Virus record (IMG/VR): IMGVR_UViG_3300016476_001599
Span: 32,001-96,000 of that record
DNA length: 64,000 nucleotides
Origin: a virus
Direction: 5' to 3' (one strand)
Of the stretch, positions 48,511 through 58,076 are shown piece after piece. The position numbers were made by a program, and so were the translations under genes. Under the pieces are notes generated by a model, which was not told where the DNA came from, searched no databases, and worked only from the letters and a program-made list of their open reading frames with translations. Each line of letters begins with the position of its first letter. Position 1 is the stretch's first letter.

Positions 48511-49182
48511 ATGTTGCTTTGTATCGAAGGCATTGATGGTTCGGGCAAAGGAACCATCACCGAGTTGTTAAAGGAGCACTTTGACCGGGCCGGCAAGAAA
48601 ACGCAGTTGTTTTCCTTTCCGGCTTACTGCAAAAACGCTTGGAGCGAGCTCATCGGAAAGTACTTAGACGGCCAATTCGGACTTTTTCCGATAGAGGTGC
48701 AAGCCGCTTTGTTTGCGTTAGAGCGGCTTCACTCTAGGGAGGAGCTGAAGGCTGCATTAGCTTGTAATGACATTGTCTTTTGTGACAGGTATGTTCCGAG
48801 CAACTTGGCTTACGCTGCTGCTGGCGTAGAAAAGGAGAAAGAGCAGCAGATCATTAAATTGATTTTGGATTTAGAGTACGAACAAATGGGTTTACCTCGT
48901 CCCGACGGAATTGTTTTCATGGACATGCCGTTGGATTTGGCTATCAGCAACGTCGCTAAAAAGCAGGGGAGACGCTACACAAAAAACGTCCTGGATCTGC
49001 TTGAAAGACAGCGAGAGCTGTTGCATAATGTCGCTGGCTTTTACGCGCAAATGCAGCAGTGGCACCCTGATGCCAAGTTTTTGCGGGTCGATTGCACAAC
49101 TGGCGAAAAGCAGGACGATTTGAGGTATTTTCCAGATTTAGTTTCAGAAGTTGTTTCATTCATTCAGAGTTTTTTGGAGTAA
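48511..49182 (+). CDS. tmk: Thymidylate kinase
   Basis: IEGIDGSGKGT, FP.Y, DRYVPSNLAY, PDG. Confidence 0.9.
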   Translation: MLLCIEGIDGSGKGTITELLKEHFDRAGKKTQLFSFPAYCKNAWSELIGKYLDGQFGLFPIEVQAALFALERLHSREELKAALACNDIVFCDRYVPSNLAYAAAGVEKEKEQQIIKLILDLEYEQMGLPRPDGIVFMDMPLDLAISNVAKKQGRRYTKNVLDLLERQRELLHNVAGFYAQMQQWHPDAKFLRVDCTTGEKQDDLRYFPDLVSEVVSFIQSFLE

Positions 49183-49184
49183 AA

Positions 49185-50978
49185 ATGCAAGGACAAAACC
49201 GACTACGACCGCGTTCCAAGGCCGCCACAGCGAGAAATCTTCTTCCTCCTGATGATAACGGAGCCAATTCGCCGCGGAACAATCATTTCATCAACAAAAA
49301 CGCCAAGAACGTCCGTCTTATTCAGCCTGATTGCTACAAGAAAGGCGGTCTGCTTTCAATTCGTATCTGGAACATGTTAAACCCAGAGAATCCGGTCGAT
49401 CTGATGAACGGACGAACTTCGCAGTACGATACGGCGGGGTTGGAAGGTGTTTCGATTTCCGAGCCGGTGTTTGTATGCAGCTACGCAGGCGTGAACCGTA
49501 AAACTGATCGCATCATCGGCCACGATGAAAAGGATTGCAACCCGGTCAGCTACATCATTGCGAGAAGCAAGCAGCACGTCGTCGAAGGCGTCGATTTTTG
49601 GGAGGAGCCTTACGTTAAGTTTTGCAAGGTCGCCAAAGACGCGCACCAAAGTGGACGATTTTCGCAAAACCGCAAGTGGGACCCGGACTGGAACTGTCTT
49701 TTGCCCGCCACGATGAACAAGGCTATTTCTCCTTGGAAGCAGCAGTACTTCATCGTCGGATCGGTCTACAACAACGGCCCGAATTTGGATTTAATACGTG
49801 AGTATTCCAGTTACGAGAAAAACGGTAAGGTTGTTGAGAAAGAGGTCGCTCGTGACGGTGTTCCATTGGGTGATGCCGCAGAAGATCCGGTTCCGTTGAT
49901 AACGGTGTCGGCAAGCGCTGGGCGTAAGCTTCTAGAGCTGATGGTCCGAACAAAAGAGAAGTTCCAAGGGGACCCGGACGTTGATCCTGCAGTGATGTAC
50001 AAGTACGGCGACCCCTGCGGTAAATTTGACGCGGCCACACGCACTGTCAAAGGAGGTGTTTTCTTCCATCTTTTCAATCCGGATACGTTTGTACCGGACA
50101 AGACGGATCCTGTGCACAAGCAACTGGCAGGCAACACGACTTATGTTTTTGCGGCCAAACAGCCAGACGCCAAAAGTTCGAAACTGCAGAAGGGCGGCGA
50201 GCAGGTAACGCTTTACGAGGCTGCTGTAACCAACGGCATCAAGGGGCCAAAAGGCTTGGTGCTGCGACCTGATCTAAGCACGGAACAGGTCAACAACATC
50301 ACGTCGAAACACCTTTTCTTCTGGAAGGACTCGGATCAGGATCCAGCGGATTCCTTTTTCCTGGCCGAGCCATCGATTGAAGAACGCTGTATTTGGATTG
50401 CTAACGCGTTCAAATTCGTTCCAAATTTGGTAAAACTCTGTTGGATGAGCAACCCCGAGTACCTGGCATTTGACGCGGTTAAAGCCGTTTTGAACAATCG
50501 TACGCAGGTCGTTGTTCCGGATTACAATCCCGAGCCAGAGGAGGAGGACTTGCAGCCTACTCCTGTTGCGACACCGTCTAGTCGCAGCACAAGGCAGCCT
50601 AAAACGCAACCGGTTGAAGATGTTCCTTTTGAGGACTTTGACACTGTGGCAGATGCGACTGTTTCGCAGGTTTCGGTGGAAGATCCAGCCGGATTGGACG
50701 CGGAGGACCTGATGGATTCTTTCGAAAACGAAGGTGAAATCGAAGCCGAACTTGATGACCTTGAAGTCGGCGAGGGTGGTGAGATCGTCGAACAGTTTCA
50801 GCAGGTGGAAGATTTTGAAGACGAGGTTTCCTCGGACTTTGACATGCCATCTGACGGCGAGTCGGTCGAAACCGACGAAAACGAAGTTGACCCTTTCCAA
50901 GCTAGCGTCAACAAAAGCATGGCTGCGGCCAAGGCGATCTCCCGCTCCGCGTCGCGGGGATCGAAGCCTAAGGCCTAG
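49185..50978 (+). CDS. Putative single-stranded DNA-binding / recombination protein with long acidic tail
   Basis: Lies between tmk and RecA; very acidic C-terminal region; function inferred from context. Confidence 0.45.
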   Translation: MQGQNRLRPRSKAATARNLLPPDDNGANSPRNNHFINKNAKNVRLIQPDCYKKGGLLSIRIWNMLNPENPVDLMNGRTSQYDTAGLEGVSISEPVFVCSYAGVNRKTDRIIGHDEKDCNPVSYIIARSKQHVVEGVDFWEEPYVKFCKVAKDAHQSGRFSQNRKWDPDWNCLLPATMNKAISPWKQQYFIVGSVYNNGPNLDLIREYSSYEKNGKVVEKEVARDGVPLGDAAEDPVPLITVSASAGRKLLELMVRTKEKFQGDPDVDPAVMYKYGDPCGKFDAATRTVKGGVFFHLFNPDTFVPDKTDPVHKQLAGNTTYVFAAKQPDAKSSKLQKGGEQVTLYEAAVTNGIKGPKGLVLRPDLSTEQVNNITSKHLFFWKDSDQDPADSFFLAEPSIEERCIWIANAFKFVPNLVKLCWMSNPEYLAFDAVKAVLNNRTQVVVPDYNPEPEEEDLQPTPVATPSSRSTRQPKTQPVEDVPFEDFDTVADATVSQVSVEDPAGLDAEDLMDSFENEGEIEAELDDLEVGEGGEIVEQFQQVEDFEDEVSSDFDMPSDGESVETDENEVDPFQASVNKSMAAAKAISRSASRGSKPKA

Positions 50979-51002
50979 TTTACCAGTTTAGTTTTTTGCC
51001 TC

Positions 51003-51033
51003 GCGTAGCCGGTCAAGCCGGCTACGCTTTTTT
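51003..51033 (+). terminator. Intrinsic terminator
   Basis: GCGTAGCCGG/CCGGCTACGC followed by T6. Confidence 0.85.
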
Positions 51034-51042
51034 GGAGCTGTT

Positions 51043-52590
51043 ATGTCTGATTACGACGAGTTCATTGACGACCCTTTGGCCGAGCCTCCGGACGAGCCTA
51101 AACCTGAAACAAGCGAACCGTTGGGAGAGCTCGCGGCGGAACCCGGGGCAATCGCTAAGCCTGAAGAGGCGACGAGTACCCACAAGTCGCAGGCGTCAAA
51201 AAAGCCAGATAAAGCTAAAAGCGAAAAAAAGAAAGACATTAAAAACGCAGTTAACCGTAAGGTCGCGGAGTCGAAACCGCAGCCAGTCGGCAAGATTGCG
51301 ATTTTTCAAGACGATCGAAACTTGACTAAGGCCGGTAAAGCGGTTATAGCCGACAAGTGGTCAGACGCAAATCGCGGAAAATCGCGAAACGGCATGATGG
51401 CCGCTTTTGCGGCTGCGGCGAAAGAAAAATTTGGTGCAACGAAGGTTTTCGGTAGCAAGCAAGATTTGGAGCAGCTTTGCGTGGGTATTCCGACTCCGTC
51501 ATTGCCAATCGAGTACGTTATTGCAAACGATGTATTGCCGTTTGCCTTGATGATGCTCGCTGGAAGCTGGGGTTCGTGCAAAAGCTCATTGCTGTTTGAG
51601 TTCTTTCGTTGGGTTCATGAGTTGAATGGTCTTCCGTTTCACCTTGACACGGAGCACAAGTTCGACGGCGATTTTGCGTGCCGCATTATGCGGCAAACGG
51701 AAGGTCCGTTGCCTTTTAATTCCAACCGGTGCAATTCCACGGAGGAGTGGCAGGCCATGTTCACTCACTATGTTTCCGAGGTCAAACGATTGCTTCGAGG
51801 TACTAAAGAAGAGCCTGGTCCCGGTGCAACCATTCCTGTCGCTATCGGCTTGGATTCGCTTGCGGCAAGCTTGTCGGAGGAAATTCAAGACAAGGTGATG
51901 GAAGAAGGTTATGCGAATCGGGCACACCCGGTTGACGCGTTGAAAAATAAAAACTACCTGAATGCGATCATACCGAAGCTTGCCAATCATCCTTTCATGG
52001 TTTTCATTGTAAACCATTTGAAGACACGAAAGGACGATCGCGGTATCGAGCACGCGTACACGTTAGGTGGCGGGAACGTGAACTTCCGAGAATCTATCGA
52101 GCTCCACATGTCCGTGTGGCGAAGTAAGTTCAAAAACGCTCAGTTTGAGGGCATAGGCGTGCGTATAGCCTGTGCAAAAAATTCTTTCGGGCCAACGCAT
52201 CGCGCCATCAAGACTCGTTTCTTGTGGTGGTACGACGAGGATGAGGTTACTGGCGAACTTGTTCAGCGTGTGACCTGGGACTGGGATTGGGCTATATGCG
52301 ATCTTCTGCAATCAGCGGAAGGCATCAATAAAAACCGGCTGAAGAAAGCTGACCTAGAGTTGAAGGTCAAATCTGCGGCGGCGGATATTGAGTGCATGGC
52401 TAACATGCGAGCGTTAGGCATGGGTAAGGACGAGTATTTGACTTGGCAGGAAGTGGGGAGAATGATCCACGAAAACGCAGAAGTTTCGCAGCGAATCCGC
52501 GAAGCTTTGGGTATTAAAATACGACCAAAGCTTGTGGACGGAATATCGTTGCAAGACATCCAGGAAAAATACAGAAAGGCGGCTGAGTAG
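51043..52590 (+). CDS. RecA/UvsX-like recombinase
   Basis: GSWGSCKSS, DTEHK, LDSLAA, VNHLK, GG...F, KNSFGP. Confidence 0.8.
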   Translation: MSDYDEFIDDPLAEPPDEPKPETSEPLGELAAEPGAIAKPEEATSTHKSQASKKPDKAKSEKKKDIKNAVNRKVAESKPQPVGKIAIFQDDRNLTKAGKAVIADKWSDANRGKSRNGMMAAFAAAAKEKFGATKVFGSKQDLEQLCVGIPTPSLPIEYVIANDVLPFALMMLAGSWGSCKSSLLFEFFRWVHELNGLPFHLDTEHKFDGDFACRIMRQTEGPLPFNSNRCNSTEEWQAMFTHYVSEVKRLLRGTKEEPGPGATIPVAIGLDSLAASLSEEIQDKVMEEGYANRAHPVDALKNKNYLNAIIPKLANHPFMVFIVNHLKTRKDDRGIEHAYTLGGGNVNFRESIELHMSVWRSKFKNAQFEGIGVRIACAKNSFGPTHRAIKTRFLWWYDEDEVTGELVQRVTWDWDWAICDLLQSAEGINKNRLKKADLELKVKSAAADIECMANMRALGMGKDEYLTWQEVGRMIHENAEVSQRIREALGIKIRPKLVDGISLQDIQEKYRKAAE

Positions 52591-53129
52591 TGTCAGACAA
52601 ACCACAGCATCCAAACAACCCATTGTTGTCAAAGTTCCAAGCTATTGACTCTAAAGAAGTTACAAAGGCATCTTGGGAGCACAGTAGAGTAATGCACATT
52701 GTGCAGGTCATGGGTTACAAAAACCTGGTCTCGGATTTAAAACGTGTCTCACAGGGAAGCTTGTTCACCTTGGGGGATTTTGTTCAGGTGTGCGATGATT
52801 TTCCTGTGTATCTTTTCGCGGAGACGTTGAAAGGTAGTCCGCCTATTCATCGGGATAACCGCTCGGTGCATCCGATATGGTTCAAATCTTTCACGTCCGT
52901 TCCTTTCGTCAAGGTTTATATTGAAAGAAGCAAGACGTTTCCGACAGATCGGCCCGTTGGCATGCTCTTTCCTAGGAGAGGTTTTCAACAGGGTATGATC
53001 ATTCACGACGGCGATCCCGAGAGATTCTTGCCTCCGGGCTCAAGCTGTCACCTTTACAGGGGCGACGGCGGGACTACTATGATAGTTCAGCCCTTCACCG
53101 GCTTTTTGAACCATTTGAAAACGTTTTAG
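52590..53129 (+). CDS. Hypothetical protein
   Basis: 179 aa; coupled to the RecA-like gene. Confidence 0.6.
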   Translation: MSDKPQHPNNPLLSKFQAIDSKEVTKASWEHSRVMHIVQVMGYKNLVSDLKRVSQGSLFTLGDFVQVCDDFPVYLFAETLKGSPPIHRDNRSVHPIWFKSFTSVPFVKVYIERSKTFPTDRPVGMLFPRRGFQQGMIIHDGDPERFLPPGSSCHLYRGDGGTTMIVQPFTGFLNHLKTF

Positions 53130-53138
53130 GAGTAGGTT

Positions 53139-53924
53139 ATGACTTTGAATCTGTCGAAGAAAAGGCAGGCTGTTTTTAATTCAATGGCTGCGACCACGCA
53201 GGACATTGCGAAGAAGATCGGCGAGAAAGTTCTAGCGGCGGGAAAAGTCGGTGTTTTGCTTTATTACGACATAGGGCAGGCCATTGACCTTCTTTACAAG
53301 TCGGAAGACTTGGCTGACGCAGAAAAACGCAGTGAGATGCAAAAGTTGGCAGCTTTCCTGGGTAAGGACGGATTTAGCCTGACGCAGCTTACGGACTACC
53401 GTAACGTGGCTGTAACGTTTCCGCGGGAGTATTTGTTACAACAAGTCGCTGAACCTTTGGCCGATGGTAAATACCTGACTTTCGCGCATTTTCGCGAGCT
53501 TCAAAAGCTTTCAAATGAAAGTCGGCGAGAGTCATTGCTGGTTAAAGTACGGAAAAATTCGTTGTCGGCAAAAGAACTTTCTGTTGAAATTTCCAGCAAG
53601 AAAGAGGCGGACGTTAAGAGAAACGGCGGAAGGAAGCCGGGTATTCCGAAGTCGCCAAACGCCATGCTGCAGAAACTTATCAACAGCACGCAACAAACAG
53701 GAAACTACCTGCACGAGATGCTTGATCCGTTTTCGACGGCTGTTGCGGAAATTGAGGCGGACGCTTTCGACCCGGCTTTCGTGCAAAATCTTGACGCTGC
53801 CATTCTTAAGCTCGAGGAGACCGAGAAGGCTTTGGGTTCGGCGAGAGAAAAGCTTAAGACTGCTCGATCAAAGTCCGAGGCACACTTAAAGCCGATAGCG
53901 AAAGCGGCTAAGAAGTCTTCGTAA
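53139..53924 (+). CDS. Hypothetical helical, probably DNA-binding protein
   Basis: AGGAG SD; basic GGRKP motif; coiled-coil end. Confidence 0.6.
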   Translation: MTLNLSKKRQAVFNSMAATTQDIAKKIGEKVLAAGKVGVLLYYDIGQAIDLLYKSEDLADAEKRSEMQKLAAFLGKDGFSLTQLTDYRNVAVTFPREYLLQQVAEPLADGKYLTFAHFRELQKLSNESRRESLLVKVRKNSLSAKELSVEISSKKEADVKRNGGRKPGIPKSPNAMLQKLINSTQQTGNYLHEMLDPFSTAVAEIEADAFDPAFVQNLDAAILKLEETEKALGSAREKLKTARSKSEAHLKPIAKAAKKSS

Positions 53925-53928
53925 CGTA

Positions 53929-54747
53929 ATGTTTACGGTTTGCGTGTTGCTTTATGGCGACTACCCTGAACTGGCTAAGCGCGTGCTAGGGTCTATCTCT
54001 AGCACGCATTTAGTCGGCGAAGTTCGGCTGGGTCTTAACGCGGTTTCCGAAGCAACATTTTCTTTTGTGCGAGAATGGGCAACCGAGAAATCTTTTTCGG
54101 TTCCGGTGAAAACATATAGCCCGAGTGGCAACAAAAACGTTGGTAAGTACCCGTTGATGAGCCGCATGTTTGTTGACTTGCGTACTTCTCATGTTATGTG
54201 GTTTGACGACGATAGCTTTCTGCTTGATGCTACGCCAGGATGGTGGAAAAATGTATTTGACCGCGCTGCTTTATTCGATGTTTACGGGAGTTTGCATCGC
54301 ATAAGCCAGCGCGGTAAGCAGTACTTGGCCATTCCGCAACAATCCTGGTTTGGCGGTAAACCTGTTTCTCCTCGACATGTGTACAATTTTGCGACGGGGG
54401 GCTGGTGGGTAGGAAGCGTTAGTTTTTTACGTAAGTGGGGCTACCCTTTTCCGCAGCTGCAACACAACGGAGGCGATTCCGTTCTGGGCGAGTTGGTACG
54501 GCAACAGGGTGCCAAGTTGGGTCACGCCAACACTTCAATTGCAGTTTGCTACTGCGAAGCTTGTGCCAAAGGCTTAAATCCGCTTCGATCGCGGCCTGTT
54601 GGTGGCGTTAACATCAACGTGGGCGGACGAGCTGGTAGACGCGGTATCGGGGTTTCATCTGAGAACTACGTTTTCTCGGACGGCAACCCGTTCCCGTCTT
54701 TATTGCATCATTCTTTTGACGTGGAAGTGCTGAATTATGAGATTTGA
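53929..54747 (+). CDS. Glycosyltransferase (GT-A fold)
   Basis: VCVLLYG start, MWFDDDS DxD motif, GGD. Confidence 0.65.
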   Translation: MFTVCVLLYGDYPELAKRVLGSISSTHLVGEVRLGLNAVSEATFSFVREWATEKSFSVPVKTYSPSGNKNVGKYPLMSRMFVDLRTSHVMWFDDDSFLLDATPGWWKNVFDRAALFDVYGSLHRISQRGKQYLAIPQQSWFGGKPVSPRHVYNFATGGWWVGSVSFLRKWGYPFPQLQHNGGDSVLGELVRQQGAKLGHANTSIAVCYCEACAKGLNPLRSRPVGGVNINVGGRAGRRGIGVSSENYVFSDGNPFPSLLHHSFDVEVLNYEI

Positions 54748-55294
54748 TATTGAACAGATGAAACCGGAAGACGGCTTCCATTCGCAGGTCGTTAACGGTG
54801 AGCTTGTTTTAGACTTGACCTACAAAGGCGAAAAAGTTTTTAGCGAGGTTGTTTCCGACGAGGACTGTTTCGAAGACGCTGGGGACTTTGCGGCGTCCCA
54901 ACTCGATCGAATGCAGTTATTGTTGCAGTCGTTCGCGGACTTTTTCAACGCAGGAGGGTCTTTATCCGAGCTTAAAGACTGCAGTCGCGCGGCGGTGCAG
55001 GCTATACTTTCACGGGGAATATGTGACAAACCGGAGTCTCCCGTTTTGGACTACGGGGACTATGTTCACGTCGACACGCTAAAGAGCGATCACGTGATGT
55101 ACACTTTTTTAAACGCGGAAACGGGACGCGAAGTAGCCTGGGAACGGTTTTATTTCATTGACCTGGACGCTAAATTTTTCGATGAAGGAGAGAGCCATGT
55201 CCGACTTGCCCCCGGTACCTTCGATGTCCATCCCGACAATTCTTGCGAAGCGGGACAAACTGACGGCAGCTCTGACCTCCTTCTTGGGGAGTGA
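54737..55294 (+). CDS. Hypothetical acidic protein
   Basis: 185 aa. Confidence 0.55.
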   Translation: MRFDIEQMKPEDGFHSQVVNGELVLDLTYKGEKVFSEVVSDEDCFEDAGDFAASQLDRMQLLLQSFADFFNAGGSLSELKDCSRAAVQAILSRGICDKPESPVLDYGDYVHVDTLKSDHVMYTFLNAETGREVAWERFYFIDLDAKFFDEGESHVRLAPGTFDVHPDNSCEAGQTDGSSDLLLGE

Positions 55295-56108
55295 ATTAAA
55301 GCAAGGCAAGTACGATGCTTTTGCCGATAAGCTATTGGAGGCGTTACCGGACGGTATGCCGGCAAGTTCAGTCCGCAACAGCATAAAAAATCTCACGGGA
55401 AAAGTTCTAACAGATTCTCTGTTGCTTGAGCTCTGCTGGAGAATAGCTGCAAACGTAGACATGTTGTGGGTCGGCAAACCGGTTATCGACTGGACATTTC
55501 AAATGAAATTTGAATGGATACCAGCTTTTATCGAGGAGATTTACGTTGTAAAGCAGGATGGAAAGCTGAAGCACCGACTTATTTTTCAGTCGTTGGCGGG
55601 TTCTATTGTTCCGCACAAGTTGGTGCAGAACTGGTCGTTCGAAAAGACCACTTACTTGGCGGTGTTTAAGGACAGTCGCGGACTTGGTTTCGGGTTCAAT
55701 CGATCTAAGATCAACAAGCGAGGAGAGAACACCGCTAAGCGTCTTTTCTGGGATTACAGGCAGTGCGTAGGACTGAGGTGTTTTTTGCTACTTGACCCTG
55801 TCAAGTCTAAGGCCAGGAACGAGCCTGTTGCAACGGAAATCGGGCACAATTCGTCCACAATGGCCTACAACAAAGAACTTATAAAAAAGCGAGACAGGGG
55901 TATCACCCCTTGCTTTTATCGCCTATCGGACGATATAGAATGCCACAACTGTCCGTACGGTTCGGACAGATGCGAAATGGCAACGCACCCTAGAACCTAC
56001 ACCGTAGCGGTTTGCAAGCAGTGCGAAGTGCGTAGTTATCACGATTCCGGAGATAGACTGCACCCTGACGTTTGTGTAAACTGTGCGTCTTACAGGAGAA
56101 AACAATAA
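55197..56108 (+). CDS. Hypothetical protein with C-terminal multi-Cys zinc-binding region
   Basis: AAGGAG SD; C...CHNC...C..H...CKQC...CVNC. Confidence 0.65.
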   Translation: MSDLPPVPSMSIPTILAKRDKLTAALTSFLGSELKQGKYDAFADKLLEALPDGMPASSVRNSIKNLTGKVLTDSLLLELCWRIAANVDMLWVGKPVIDWTFQMKFEWIPAFIEEIYVVKQDGKLKHRLIFQSLAGSIVPHKLVQNWSFEKTTYLAVFKDSRGLGFGFNRSKINKRGENTAKRLFWDYRQCVGLRCFLLLDPVKSKARNEPVATEIGHNSSTMAYNKELIKKRDRGITPCFYRLSDDIECHNCPYGSDRCEMATHPRTYTVAVCKQCEVRSYHDSGDRLHPDVCVNCASYRRKQ

Positions 56109-56110
56109 CA

Positions 56111-56614
56111 ATGCAAGCTAGAATGTCTAAAGGCGACGACCGGCTTTATAGTCCGGCAAGAGACGTTGCACATAATTTCAAGGAAGTCATGGAAACTGTT
56201 GCTGCCAGACTCGAGGACTCGGCGTGCTGGACGGAGCTCAGGGAAATTTTGGCGCGGGAAAAGGTCACGGACAACGACTTGGGCGAGGCCTGTGCCGCTT
56301 ATTGTCGGTATCTGGTATCCTCGGCTGAAGCGCCTAAGGTTCCGATGGCCGCTGCGATCGAGCAGGCTGGGTTTTTCAAAACAAAGCCGGCGGCACAGGT
56401 TGCGGTCATGGCTATGATTGGCACCGTGTACGCCGGTATTCAACATGTTGGCGTGAGAGAAGCGACACTGGGAGGCGTTGGCCCGCTGCAAGACGCGAAG
56501 TCTCTTGTGCGAGAAGCCGAGTCGCTAACGCGTTACATGCGTTATCCTCGATGGTTTAGAAAACCTTACCGGTTTTTCGTCAGGCTAAAAACGGCTTTAG
56601 CCGCTTCTTTTTAG
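56111..56614 (+). CDS. Hypothetical protein
   Basis: ORF from ATG 56111. Confidence 0.6.
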   Translation: MQARMSKGDDRLYSPARDVAHNFKEVMETVAARLEDSACWTELREILAREKVTDNDLGEACAAYCRYLVSSAEAPKVPMAAAIEQAGFFKTKPAAQVAVMAMIGTVYAGIQHVGVREATLGGVGPLQDAKSLVREAESLTRYMRYPRWFRKPYRFFVRLKTALAASF

Positions 56615-56628
56615 ACAAAGGTTGTCGT

Positions 56629-57609
56629 GTGATAGTAAACGAATGGAGTCCTCGGTTCAAGAAACAGTATGGCGGTCGATTTCCGCAGTCTTACCTCTGT
56701 TTTGACACCGAGTTTACAGGTAACAGTCAACAAAGCGACCTTGTGATGGAGATCGGCCACGTTATTGTCGAGAATAACGTGGTCGTTGACCAGGGTAGTT
56801 TTGTGCTTAACTGGTACGCTGCTGACATAGATGCGGGGTGGTTAGATTATAAGTTAAGCAGCCTTCGAAGCGTCATTGGGGCGAGTTGGCGTTTGAATGC
56901 GTCTCTTGTCAAGGAGAAGGGGCACGACCCGCTTAGAGTCCTTCGTTTTTATCATGACTTATTTGACGCTTGGAAAAAAAGAGGTCTACCGTTCGTTGCG
57001 CAAAATGGAGTATGGGCCGACGAGAAGATGATAAGAAGTAATTTCAAGCGTTTTCTCAACAAGAATTTTGAACTGCCGTCTTCGGGTTATTTCGACACAG
57101 GAGTTCTTTTTAAGGCAAACCGCGTTTGGGAGCCGGACAGCCCTTTTAAGGCGTATAAAAACATCGTGTTCCCGGTCGCGGGCGAGTCTTTGCGGGATTA
57201 TTTCATACGAATAGCTGGCGTCAGGATTTCAGGTTTGAAATGGAACATGTCTGCCATACTCGACTTTTACAAGCTTACAGAGAAACACGCTATTGACGTC
57301 GGTCAGCTGCACGGAGCGGCTTTCGATGCAATGTGCGTGCATCACATCATGCAGCATTATCGTTCTCTAGCAGTGGAAGAGACCGTCGGCGAGGCGGTAA
57401 GCGACGGGACGACTAAGCGAGATACGCCAGTGAATCCTTTTTCGGTGAAAGCGTTGGGGGAGATTGTCGAAAAGGAAATAACCAAAATTGAGATTGACTT
57501 GCAAGCTAAAAAGGTTGAAAGTTTATCGCCGCTGCCGACAATAAGCAGACCGGCTAGAAACACACCTGCCGTATCGCCTTCCCAGCGAAGAAAGCAAAGG
57601 CCAGTTTGA
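56629..57609 (+). CDS. DEDDh 3'-5' exonuclease (DnaQ-like)
   Basis: FDTEFTG, AQNG..AD, DTG, HGAAFD. Confidence 0.85.
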   Translation: MIVNEWSPRFKKQYGGRFPQSYLCFDTEFTGNSQQSDLVMEIGHVIVENNVVVDQGSFVLNWYAADIDAGWLDYKLSSLRSVIGASWRLNASLVKEKGHDPLRVLRFYHDLFDAWKKRGLPFVAQNGVWADEKMIRSNFKRFLNKNFELPSSGYFDTGVLFKANRVWEPDSPFKAYKNIVFPVAGESLRDYFIRIAGVRISGLKWNMSAILDFYKLTEKHAIDVGQLHGAAFDAMCVHHIMQHYRSLAVEETVGEAVSDGTTKRDTPVNPFSVKALGEIVEKEITKIEIDLQAKKVESLSPLPTISRPARNTPAVSPSQRRKQRPV

Positions 57610-58076
57610 TGTCTGAAGAGTATCAGTTTTATGTACCGCAGGACAAGCTTGCGGACTATAGGGTTAAACACGCCCCCGCGGCTTGTCCTATTCTCGGCAT
57701 GACAGGTGAAAAATTTCACCCGGTAGTTGACCACGATCACGCGTCCGGCAGAATACGTGGCGTTATTTCGCTGGAGGTTAACCTCTTGATAGGCAAGGCG
57801 GAGAATTTTTATCGAAGCCGATGTGTGAACAGTTCGGTTTCGTTGCCGGATGCTTTACGGCTTATCGCGGATTACTTGGAGGCGGCACAGGGTCCGTATC
57901 ACCCAGTTGGTATCCGGCAGGTTGCCAAGCGTTTCGGTCGCTTGCCGAAGAAAGAACAAATTGATACTCTTCTTTCCATGGGGGTTGCAACGAGCCAAAT
58001 CGAGGCTTGTAAGAGTGCGGCTAAAAGACAAGCTCTGTGGCGTAAATCGGTAGTTGCCGGAAGGGGAGTAGGCTGA
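57606..58076 (+). CDS. Endonuclease VII-like (His-Me finger) protein
   Basis: CPIL...VVDHDH.SG.IRGVI...NLLIG. Confidence 0.8.
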   Translation: MMSEEYQFYVPQDKLADYRVKHAPAACPILGMTGEKFHPVVDHDHASGRIRGVISLEVNLLIGKAENFYRSRCVNSSVSLPDALRLIADYLEAAQGPYHPVGIRQVAKRFGRLPKKEQIDTLLSMGVATSQIEACKSAAKRQALWRKSVVAGRGVG

